Below, in pieces: positions 8,782 to 17,243 of a stretch of 33,209 bases of DNA. Location of the stretch: assembly GCA_046757525.1 (NCBI GenBank), contig JBHHYI010000029.1, positions 1-33,209 on the forward strand, read 5' to 3'. A program made the position numbers and the translations under genes. The notes beneath the pieces were generated by a model. The model ran no database searches and was not told where the DNA came from. It saw only the letters and a list, made by a program, of their open reading frames with translations. Position 1 is the stretch's first letter. Every line of letters begins with the position of its first letter. This stretch comes from a bacterium (lineage in GTDB: Bacteria; Zhuqueibacterota; Zhuqueibacteria; Oceanimicrobiales; Oceanimicrobiaceae).

Positions 8782-10557
8782 ATGATGTCAACAAAAAAAC
8801 AAATTTCCGCCATCATCATCTTAACTGTGATTTTGGTGACAGTTGGGGGCTGGGTTTCCAATTGGGTGTCTGCCTACAGTCCAGACTATTACCACAAGAT
8901 TCAAAAGAACATCGAACTTTTTGGCCGCATGTATCAGGAGATCTCCAAGAAATATGTGGAGGAGATCGATCCGAAGAAATTCATGCGAGCAGGCATCGAC
9001 GGCATGCTTTCGACCCTGGATCCTTACACGGTTTTGATCGAAAAAGAGGACAACGCCGAGCTACAAATCATGTCGTCGGGCAAGTACGGAGGTCTGGGCA
9101 TGCGCATCGGCTTGCGGGGCGGCTGGCCAACGGTGGTAGAACCGCCGTTTAACGGCACCCCGGCTTTAAGGGCAGGGATACGCGAAGGGGACAAGATTAT
9201 CGAAGTGGAGGGACAAAGCGTGAAAGGAATGAGCGTTTCTGCAGTGGCCAACTTATTGCGCGGAGAAATCGGCAGCGAAATTTTCCTCAAAATCGCACGC
9301 GAAGGCGAGGAAGAACCTATTGAGTTTCGGTTGATCCGGGCCGAGATCGTGGTGACCGACGTGGCCTATTCCGGCATCATCAAGGACGGCGTCGGCTATA
9401 TTCATCTGAGCCATTTTTCCAGAAATGCGGGCAAAGACATTGAAAGCGCTATCCGCAGTTTAAAGAATGAAGGTCTGAAGTCTTTGATATTAGACCTGCG
9501 TTCAAACCCGGGCGGCCTTTTGGACGCGGCCGTGAGCGTGAGCGAGAATTTTATCCCAAAGGGCAAACTGATCGTTTCCACGCGCGGAAGGAGCGAAGGC
9601 TCCATTCAGGAATACCGTTCAAGTAAGTCGCCGATTTTGGGCGACTTACCTCTGGTCATCCTGGTCAACGGGCTGAGCGCTTCGGCTTCGGAAATCGTAA
9701 CCGGCGCTGTTCAGGATTTGGACCGCGGCATCGTCATCGGTTCCAATACCTTTGGCAAAGGCCTGGTGCAAACCGTGATTCCCATCAGCGGCGATGCGGC
9801 TTTGAAGATCACCACCGCGAAGTATTTCGTGCCCAGCGGCCGTTCCATCCAAAACCCGGATCGGTTCATTAAAGATCCCGAGCATATTTTGCTCAGCGAA
9901 GATGAAGATTCGGACGACACCGATTCCCAATCTTCGGAAGCGAAGGATTCGGATGGGTCTGCAAAAAAGAAGCAAAATCCGGAAAGCAAGAAGGTTTACT
10001 ACACCCAAAATGGACGCAAGGTGTACGGTGGCGGCGGCATCCAACCAGACATCCCTGTTGAACAAAAACCGCTAAGCCGCTACGAACTTGAATTGCTGCG
10101 CAAGACCATGCCGTTTCAATTTGGCGTCATTTATGCCGTAAGGCATCCTGAGTTGCCAAGAGGCTTCCAGGTCACCGACGAAATGCTTGCTGACTTCAAG
10201 AATTTTTTGGTCGAAAAAAAGTTTTCTTACACCTCAGATGAAGAAGTTTTGTTAGATGAGATGAAAGAAAGGGCCGAAAACAACGGCTATCTGGCTGCCA
10301 TCTCGCCAACTTTGGAAGACTTGCAAACTATTATTCTAGAGGAGAAAAACCAGGAGTTCGAACGCAACAAACAGTTTATCATGGAAGAATTGGAACAGGA
10401 AATCTCCGCCAAACTCTGGGGAACCTCTGCCGAGGTGGAAGCCATGTTTGACGACGATCAGGTCATCCAAAAAGCTGTGTGGCTGCTTTCCAACCTGGAC
10501 GAATATCACAAGATTTTGCACGACGGTAAAAGCAAAAAAGAAAGCAAGGGAAAATAA
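8782..10557 (+). CDS. ctpA: Carboxyl-terminal processing protease (S41A, PDZ domain)
   Basis: N-terminal signal/TM segment, LDPYT, PDZ GLG, DLRSNPGG, SASASEI (Ser), TFGKG (Lys) and GI-PD. Confidence 0.93.
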   Translation: MMSTKKQISAIIILTVILVTVGGWVSNWVSAYSPDYYHKIQKNIELFGRMYQEISKKYVEEIDPKKFMRAGIDGMLSTLDPYTVLIEKEDNAELQIMSSGKYGGLGMRIGLRGGWPTVVEPPFNGTPALRAGIREGDKIIEVEGQSVKGMSVSAVANLLRGEIGSEIFLKIAREGEEEPIEFRLIRAEIVVTDVAYSGIIKDGVGYIHLSHFSRNAGKDIESAIRSLKNEGLKSLILDLRSNPGGLLDAAVSVSENFIPKGKLIVSTRGRSEGSIQEYRSSKSPILGDLPLVILVNGLSASASEIVTGAVQDLDRGIVIGSNTFGKGLVQTVIPISGDAALKITTAKYFVPSGRSIQNPDRFIKDPEHILLSEDEDSDDTDSQSSEAKDSDGSAKKKQNPESKKVYYTQNGRKVYGGGGIQPDIPVEQKPLSRYELELLRKTMPFQFGVIYAVRHPELPRGFQVTDEMLADFKNFLVEKKFSYTSDEEVLLDEMKERAENNGYLAAISPTLEDLQTIILEEKNQEFERNKQFIMEELEQEISAKLWGTSAEVEAMFDDDQVIQKAVWLLSNLDEYHKILHDGKSKKESKGK

Positions 10558-10587
10558 TAATCGCTCTTAGGCAACGGAGGAAGATCA

Positions 10588-13299
10588 ATGGCAACTGGTA
10601 AGTACGTATATTTTTTCGGTGACGGCAAAGCTGAAGGCAGTGCTGACATGAAAAATTTGCTGGGCGGCAAGGGGGCAAACCTGGCCGAGATGTCAAATCT
10701 GGGGTTGCCGGTGCCGCCCGGTTTCTCCATTACCACCGAAGTTTGCGCTTACTATTACGAACATGAAAAACAATATCCACAAGAGTTAAAAGGCCAGATC
10801 GAAGATGCGCTTAGAAGGGTTGAAGGTATTCTGGGTAAACGGTTTTCTGACCCGGAGGACCCGTTGCTGTTTTCCGTGCGTTCAGGGGCGCGCCTCTCCA
10901 TGCCTGGCATGATGGAAACCGTGCTGAACGTCGGGCTGACTTCTAAAACCATTCCCGGCTTCATCAGAAAAACCAACAACGAGCGCTTCGTATATGACTC
11001 TTACCGCCGACTGATCTCCATGTACAGCGACGTGGTCATGGAAAAAGCGGCGGGCGTTGAACCCGCCGAAGGCCAGGGCATCCGGGCCCAACTGGAGCGC
11101 TTGCTCGACGGAGTGAAAGAGTCAAGAGGCTACAAAAACGATACGGATCTAACCACCGAAGATCTAATCAGTCTCACCGAAAAAATGAAAGCAACAGTTG
11201 CGGAGGTTCTGGGCAAAGAATTTCCTGATGACGCGTACGAACAATTGTGGGGCGGGATTGCTGCTGTCTTTCAGTCCTGGAATGGCAAACGGGCGGTTTC
11301 CTACCGTAGAATCGAAGGCATTCCCGATGATTGGGGCACCGCGGTCAATGTGCAGTCCATGGTTTTTGGCAACACCGGCGACCGTTCAGCCACGGGCGTG
11401 GCCTTCACCAGAGATCCGGCCACGGGCGAAAACTACTTTTACGGCGAGTGGCTTATCAACGCCCAGGGCGAGGACGTGGTGGCTGGCATTCGCACGCCTT
11501 ACGCTTTGAACCTTAGATCGAAGCAGGACAACAACCGCCAGTTTCCTTCGCTGGAAGAGGTCATGCCAGAGGTTTACCAGGAGCTCAAAACCGTTCGCGA
11601 CAGGTTGGAAGCGCACTACCGTGACATGCAGGACCTGGAGTTTACCATCGAGGCTGGCAAGCTCTGGATGCTGCAAACCCGGGTGGGCAAACGCAACGGC
11701 ATAGCGGCCACGCGCATGGCTGTGGAGATGCAGAAGGAGGGTTTGATCACAAAAACCGAGGCGTTGAGTCGGGTGAAACCGGCGCAGTTGGACGAGCTTT
11801 TGCATCCCATGGTCGACCCGGTCACCGAGAAGAAGATCGCGCCCATTGCCAAAGGATTGCCCGCCGGCCCCGGCGGCGCCACCGGCAAGATGGTCTTCAC
11901 CGCGGACCTGGCTGAAGAGTTGGGCACCAAGGGGGAGAAAGTCATTCTCGTTCGCGAAGAAACCAGCCCCGAAGATGTCCACGGCATGAAACCAGCCCAG
12001 GCCATTCTTACCTCCAAAGGCGGCATGACCAGCCACGCAGCCCTGGTGGCGCGCGGCTGGGGCAAATGCTGTATCGTTGGTTGTGGCGACCTGACCATCG
12101 ACATGGCTCAAAAGACGGCCTCTTTCGGCGACGTCGTTCTTAAACAAGGAGATTGGATCACCCTCAACGGTACCAAAGGACTCATCTACGAAGGTCAGCA
12201 ACCGCTGGTCATCATCGATCCTGAGAAGAATGAGTATTACAAGCAGATTTTGACCTGGGCCGACGAGGTGCGGCGCCTCAAGGTTCGCACCAATGCGGAT
12301 ACGCCCGAGGACTCGGCCACAGCCATCCGGTTCGGCGCCGAGGGCATCGGCCTTTGTCGCACCGAACACATGTTCTTTGGCGACCGCATTTGGGCCATGC
12401 GTGAGATGATCATGGCAGAGAATCTGCAAGGCCGAAAGGCGGCGCTGGCTAAACTCCTGCCCATGCAGAGAGAGGATTTCTACGGCATTTTCCAGGTGAT
12501 GCAGCAGCGGCCGGTGACCATCCGCCTGTTGGACCCACCGCTGCATGAGTTTGTCCCCCACGACGCGGACACGCAAAAAGAGATGGCCAATCGTCTGGGC
12601 ATCTCGGCGGAAGAAATCAAGCAAAAAGTGGAATTCTTGCACGAATTCAATCCCATGCTGGGGCACCGCGGCTGTCGCCTCGGTGTGACTTACCCGGAGA
12701 TCACCGAAATGCAAGCACGGGCCATCATCGAAGCGGCGGCGCAGTGTTACGCCGAAGGGGTGCAGGTGCTGCCGGAAATCATGATTCCCCTCACCGGCAC
12801 CAAAGCCGAATTCGAGCATCAGAAAGCCATCGTCGACCGGGTCGCCAGCGCAGTCATGCAGGAAAAAGGCGTGCAGGTGAACTACCTGGTCGGTACCATG
12901 ATCGAGATTCCCCGCGCTACCCTGGTGGCTGACAAAATTGCTGAAACCGCCGAGTTCTTCTCCTTTGGCACCAACGACTTGACCCAGATGACCTTTGGCT
13001 ACTCCCGCGACGATGCCGGTAAGTTCTTGCACGAATACATCGGCCACAAAATACTCCCGTTCGATCCGTTCCAATCCATCGATCAAGAAGGTGTGGGCCA
13101 ACTGATCGCCTTTGGGGTGGAACGGGGCCGGAAGGTTCGTCCCAATCTCAAAATCGGCATTTGCGGCGAACACGGCGGCGACCCGGATTCCGTCAAGTTT
13201 TGCCACCGAGTCGGCATGGATTACGTCAGTTGCTCGCCTTTCCGGGTGCCCATCGCGCGTTTGGCTGCAGCGCAGGCTGTCATTGAAGAAAACGAATAA
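10588..13299 (+). CDS. ppdK: Pyruvate, phosphate dikinase
   Basis: 903 aa with LLGGKGANL, SVRSGA, GGMTSHAA (phospho-His), GLCRTEHMF, FGTNDLTQ and GICGEHGG. Confidence 0.98.
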   Translation: MATGKYVYFFGDGKAEGSADMKNLLGGKGANLAEMSNLGLPVPPGFSITTEVCAYYYEHEKQYPQELKGQIEDALRRVEGILGKRFSDPEDPLLFSVRSGARLSMPGMMETVLNVGLTSKTIPGFIRKTNNERFVYDSYRRLISMYSDVVMEKAAGVEPAEGQGIRAQLERLLDGVKESRGYKNDTDLTTEDLISLTEKMKATVAEVLGKEFPDDAYEQLWGGIAAVFQSWNGKRAVSYRRIEGIPDDWGTAVNVQSMVFGNTGDRSATGVAFTRDPATGENYFYGEWLINAQGEDVVAGIRTPYALNLRSKQDNNRQFPSLEEVMPEVYQELKTVRDRLEAHYRDMQDLEFTIEAGKLWMLQTRVGKRNGIAATRMAVEMQKEGLITKTEALSRVKPAQLDELLHPMVDPVTEKKIAPIAKGLPAGPGGATGKMVFTADLAEELGTKGEKVILVREETSPEDVHGMKPAQAILTSKGGMTSHAALVARGWGKCCIVGCGDLTIDMAQKTASFGDVVLKQGDWITLNGTKGLIYEGQQPLVIIDPEKNEYYKQILTWADEVRRLKVRTNADTPEDSATAIRFGAEGIGLCRTEHMFFGDRIWAMREMIMAENLQGRKAALAKLLPMQREDFYGIFQVMQQRPVTIRLLDPPLHEFVPHDADTQKEMANRLGISAEEIKQKVEFLHEFNPMLGHRGCRLGVTYPEITEMQARAIIEAAAQCYAEGVQVLPEIMIPLTGTKAEFEHQKAIVDRVASAVMQEKGVQVNYLVGTMIEIPRATLVADKIAETAEFFSFGTNDLTQMTFGYSRDDAGKFLHEYIGHKILPFDPFQSIDQEGVGQLIAFGVERGRKVRPNLKIGICGEHGGDPDSVKFCHRVGMDYVSCSPFRVPIARLAAAQAVIEENE

Positions 13300-13363
13300 A
13301 TGGGGTGAAGCAGACGCTGCAAATTATTATTGCTTAGATCGGCATATTTATTCAATTTTTAGT

Positions 13364-13395
13364 AAGTCGCCCATTCGGTTTGTGGGCGACTTTTT
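13364..13395 (+). terminator. Rho-independent terminator after ppdK
   Basis: AAGTCGCCCA (13364-13373) and TGGGCGACTT (13383-13392) form a 10-bp stem that runs into a T tract. Confidence 0.8.
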
Positions 13396-13439
13396 GCCTG
13401 GCTTTATAAAATATTGTTGACTTCAAACAATGGAAGAGT

Positions 13440-14354
13440 ATGGCGAGAAAATCTTATGAGAGTACACGATATGGCATTGGCGAATGGTACGGTAGACGAA
13501 TTGAGACTATTTCCGCTTTAGATCGAGTTAAATTCGCAAGAATAATTGGCAACAACAAAGAAGTTTGTCCTCATCGCCCTGACAAGAACCTGTGTAACAA
13601 GAGTGGTGGGGTATGCTCCCTGGCTATGTACCGTAAAGAAGAGGATAACACAGTCATCTTGGACCCTAACCATCCAGATCTCGTCACATTATGCCCTATG
13701 CGCTTTTGGCAAAACTATACTATCTTTAGAGAAGTCGGTCGTACAATTCTACGGACAAACAAGCCGACATTGATTAAGGAAATAGGCTTTCTACAAAGCG
13801 TAGACAAAACAGGAAAAATCTTGGGCGAAACGGTCAGCAGGATAGATATGGTGCTTGCCAAGACTGACTCTCAAGATAGAATTGAGGACTGGTGTGCTGT
13901 GGAGATGCAAGCCGTTTACTTCTCTGGCAAAGGAATGAAAACCGAATTTAAAGCTATTCAGGATGAACCTACTGAGCTATTGTTTCCAACAGCAATTCGT
14001 AGACCGGATTTCCGCAGCTCTGGTCCCAAGCGCCTCATGCCTCAATTACAAATTAAAGTCCCTTCACTCCGGAGATGGGGGAAGACGATGGCTGTAGTGA
14101 TTGATAAGTCGTTTTTCTCGTCAATAGCACCTATGAAAAGAGCACGTCATATTTCGAATGCTGATATTGCTTGGTTTGTCGTCAACTACGATGGACCTGA
14201 AGGAGAATTGCGCGTTTCAGATGTAGTCTTAACAACACTTGAAAGTTCTGTGGAGGGATTAACGGCAGGTGAGCCCATCACGAAGGAAGAATTCGAAAAA
14301 GAATTGTCATCTTATTTGACAAGCAGAAAAGATAAAGTAATTAGGCTTTCGTGA
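13440..14354 (+). CDS. NotI-family restriction endonuclease
   Basis: Four-Cys metal site (CPHR...CNK..GVCS...LCPMRF), RIDMVL...AVEMQAVYFSG (D...ExQ catalytic pattern) and RPDFRSS.PKRLMPQL; visibly more AT-rich than ppdK. Confidence 0.82.
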   Translation: MARKSYESTRYGIGEWYGRRIETISALDRVKFARIIGNNKEVCPHRPDKNLCNKSGGVCSLAMYRKEEDNTVILDPNHPDLVTLCPMRFWQNYTIFREVGRTILRTNKPTLIKEIGFLQSVDKTGKILGETVSRIDMVLAKTDSQDRIEDWCAVEMQAVYFSGKGMKTEFKAIQDEPTELLFPTAIRRPDFRSSGPKRLMPQLQIKVPSLRRWGKTMAVVIDKSFFSSIAPMKRARHISNADIAWFVVNYDGPEGELRVSDVVLTTLESSVEGLTAGEPITKEEFEKELSSYLTSRKDKVIRLS

Positions 14355-15354
14355 TCAAAAGCTCATAAATAACTGCGTGATGTGTGTTTTTCATGGGGAC
14401 TTTTTCTATTACAAATCCTTGAGCCGAAGCAAGATATTTAGCCTCATTTGTATCATCGTAGGTCATCAAGAACTTGCCACGAACTTCGGCCATTTTCTTA
14501 AATAGGACATAATGATCAATTTCATTGAATCTGTATAGTCTCTTGCCGGCTTTTTTCCCACCGGCAGTATATGGTGGGTCTATAAAAAAGATCGCATCTC
14601 GATATTTTTTGTATTTCTCTATTACGTCAAAGGCGTTCGTTTCGACAAATTCAATTTTGTCGTGGCAGCTACTGATTATCTTGATACGTTTGACTAAAGT
14701 TTCTGGATACCAACGGGAGCTTAGACCTTTGCCGTTTTCGCCTGATTTAACCAAACTTGCTCCGGGCGCAATAATGCCTCCTCTCTGTGTTCTGTTTTTT
14801 ACAATTGTCCGGAATGCTCTTTCACGTAAAGTCTTCGGTTCGGCATTTAGTAGGCGTTTAACATTATCGAGGGTTATCCTGAAATCTAATATTTGTTCAC
14901 ATAGATAATCAGGTTCGTTGAAAATGGTCTGCCAAACAGAGGCCACATCCGGATCGAGTTCAGCCATGACCACTTTTTCTGCAAGATTCTCAACCGCAAC
15001 TGTTAACGAAGTGATGCCACCACCTGCAAAAGGTTCAATAAACAAAGATGGCCGGAAATCTAATTTGGCCAGCCATTGCCTAACTTCCGGTACAAGCCAA
15101 GTTTTTCCACCGGGATACCGGAATGGACTTAACTGCTTTACTTTCGAAACGTTTACCGGCTTCTTGTCAACTATTGATTTTGCTGCTCTTTCGAGTACCT
15201 TGGCATTCTCGGCATCCTCGAAAAGAAATCTTAATTGTTCGAACGCTCTTGAACACTCGTCGTGGACAAGCAAGGATTTCCTTTTTATGTTTTGGACAGC
15301 AAGTCTAGCATAGCGCTTTCGTTGTCTCTGGGCTGCTGTTTTGTCAATAGTCAT
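14341..15354 (-). CDS. Dam/D12-class N6-adenine DNA methyltransferase with N-terminal extension
   Basis: SPFRYPGGK, FIEPFAGGG (SAM binding) and DPPY (catalytic). Start placed at ATG 15354; 15396 and 15522 are alternatives. The 3' end overlaps the endonuclease gene by 14 bp. Confidence 0.88.
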   Translation of the reverse strand: MTIDKTAAQRQRKRYARLAVQNIKRKSLLVHDECSRAFEQLRFLFEDAENAKVLERAAKSIVDKKPVNVSKVKQLSPFRYPGGKTWLVPEVRQWLAKLDFRPSLFIEPFAGGGITSLTVAVENLAEKVVMAELDPDVASVWQTIFNEPDYLCEQILDFRITLDNVKRLLNAEPKTLRERAFRTIVKNRTQRGGIIAPGASLVKSGENGKGLSSRWYPETLVKRIKIISSCHDKIEFVETNAFDVIEKYKKYRDAIFFIDPPYTAGGKKAGKRLYRFNEIDHYVLFKKMAEVRGKFLMTYDDTNEAKYLASAQGFVIEKVPMKNTHHAVIYELLITKA

Positions 15355-15771
15355 TTTTGCACCATCGTGAGTGTTTACGGTAACAATATAGTTCATTTGA
15401 CCAGCAAATACAAGAGATTCTTTTGAATTTTGTGATCTTGTTAAAGAGAGAATGATGAGAATCCAGAAAATCCATGCGCTTGACAAAAGGGCTTTGGACC
15501 TTAAACGTTCGATGAGGTTCACCTTGATTCGCAGTCAAGTGCTTTTGAATTCCTTTTCAGTTAATGATCGCTTTAGAGACCGGTGCACAAGATTTTATTT
15601 GAATAAATGGTCGTTTCTGATTAAGTTGCTTTGGGTGTTGATCAAAGTTCAACTAACTCTTGCCAAGGCGTAGGTTACGCCAAACATGGAGCGAGCGTTT
15701 CATGAATGTGGTATTAAACCAGTAGTTAATTATCTTGAACCTTAACATTATTCCTATCTAAAGGTGAGCGA

Positions 15772-16083
15772 ATGATTACAGAAACACTTGACGGACACAT
15801 CGAAATTGCCAAAGGGATAACTGGCGGCAAGCCGAGAATAGCGGGACATCGAATCACAGTGCAAAATATCGCAATTTGGCATGAATTGTTGGGACGCAGC
15901 GCTGATGAAATCGCAGCCGAATATGACCTGACATTGGCTGACGTTTACGCTGCCTTGGCTTATTATTACGACCATCGAGCTGAAATTGACAAGTCCATTG
16001 AGGAGAGCGAGTCTTTCGTAGAAGCATTACGTCAGAAAATACCTTCAAAAATATCGCAAAAACTGAATGAGAACAAAGCTTAG
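15772..16083 (+). CDS. DUF433 antitoxin-like protein
   Basis: GGKPRIAGHRITV...EIAAEYDLTLADVYAALAYY; AAGGTGA RBS. Confidence 0.9.
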   Translation: MITETLDGHIEIAKGITGGKPRIAGHRITVQNIAIWHELLGRSADEIAAEYDLTLADVYAALAYYYDHRAEIDKSIEESESFVEALRQKIPSKISQKLNENKA

Positions 16084-16399
16084 GTTCTACACAGACGAGC
16101 ATGTGGCCAATGCTGTTGTGAAAGGATTGCGACGTCGAGGCGTAGACGTTCTGACTACGAAGGATGCTGGGTTGCTTGGGGCAAGTGATGAGGAGCACCT
16201 GGCCTTTGCCAAACAGGAGGAGAGAGTTATTTTTACTCAAGATGAGGACTTCCTACGCCTGCATGCAGAAGGTTTTGAACACAGCGGGATCGTTTATGCC
16301 CACCAAGGTAACCAAATTGGCGACATAGTACGGGGGCTTATGCTCATTTATCGAGTCCTCGAACTTAAGGATATGAAAAATCACATAGAATTCTTGTGA
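16067..16399 (+). CDS. DUF5615 PIN-like toxin (VapC45-like)
   Basis: FYTDEHV, ASDEEHL, RVIFTQDEDF and HSGI; overlaps the DUF433 gene. Confidence 0.88.
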   Translation: MRTKLRFYTDEHVANAVVKGLRRRGVDVLTTKDAGLLGASDEEHLAFAKQEERVIFTQDEDFLRLHAEGFEHSGIVYAHQGNQIGDIVRGLMLIYRVLELKDMKNHIEFL

Positions 16400-16576
16400 G
16401 GAGCGAGGAAGATGCACAGGGAACTTCAAGCCGGAGTTTCTGAATACCTAAAGATCGCGGAAAGGTGAATAAAATCAAAAAATTGAATAGACTTGTCTAT
16501 CAAAGATATTGTTTTTGTTTTTCTGTGCGGTACATGAAAAAATTAACTCAGCCATCTGCGAGAGATACCTTTCACT

Positions 16577-17227
16577 ATGAAAATCTTCTGTGATTTTGAC
16601 GGCACCGCAGCCAGGAATGACGTGGGCAATTTGCTGTTTCGAACCTTTGCCGACGAACGCTGCTTTGACATCGTCAACGCCTGGAAGCAGGGCCAGATCT
16701 CTTCGCAGCAGTGCCTGGTGCAGGAGTGCCAGATTACCACCGTCACACGGTCGGAGTTGGCGCAGTTCGCTGAGCAGCAACAACTCGATCCCTATTTTGA
16801 GGACTTCGTGCACTTTTGTCGCGAAAAGGGCATCGAAGTGGAGATTCTGAGCGACGGGTTGGATTTTTACATCGAACGCATATTAAAAAAACACGGTTTA
16901 ATCTCTTTGGTCGCTTATCGGTCCAATCACTTGGAGTTTGTGAACCACAATCAAATAAAGCCGGAATTTCCTTATTTTGACAACAGTTGCGGCAGATGTG
17001 CCAATTGTAAGGGCTTTCACGTACGGGAAGCGAAGAAATCTCACCAGCAAGTAATCTACGTTGGGGACGGGCTGTCGGACCGATGCGGGGCTCGGGAAGC
17101 CGACCTGGTTTTTGCGAAACGAGACCTGTTGAAATATTGTCAACAAAACGCGATTCCTTGCTTTGAATTTCACGCCTTTGACGATGTGCTCAGAAAACTC
17201 AAATCGATCGTTAGCCCTGCACGGTAA
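16577..17227 (+). CDS. MtnX-like HAD-IB phosphatase
   Basis: CDFDGT, LSDGLDFYI, CGRCANCK, YVGDGLSD and ADLVFAK. Confidence 0.85.
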   Translation: MKIFCDFDGTAARNDVGNLLFRTFADERCFDIVNAWKQGQISSQQCLVQECQITTVTRSELAQFAEQQQLDPYFEDFVHFCREKGIEVEILSDGLDFYIERILKKHGLISLVAYRSNHLEFVNHNQIKPEFPYFDNSCGRCANCKGFHVREAKKSHQQVIYVGDGLSDRCGAREADLVFAKRDLLKYCQQNAIPCFEFHAFDDVLRKLKSIVSPAR

Positions 17228-17243
17228 TTCTTATCCATAAGCC

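Noticed and set aside
9892..9993. Acidic/basic low-complexity insert in CtpA
   Set aside because: Variable linkers at this position are ordinary for S41A proteases.
11386..13206. 606-aa antisense ORF
   Set aside because: It shadows the highly conserved ppdK and has no recognisable motifs. Codon bias explains it, as it does the antisense ORFs over the ALDH, ino1, lat and hsdR/M genes.
15355..15522. Longer 393-aa version of the MTase with a hydrophobic N-terminus
   Set aside because: GTG start without a clear RBS in AT-rich intergenic DNA. A TM-like segment is implausible for a Dam-type enzyme.
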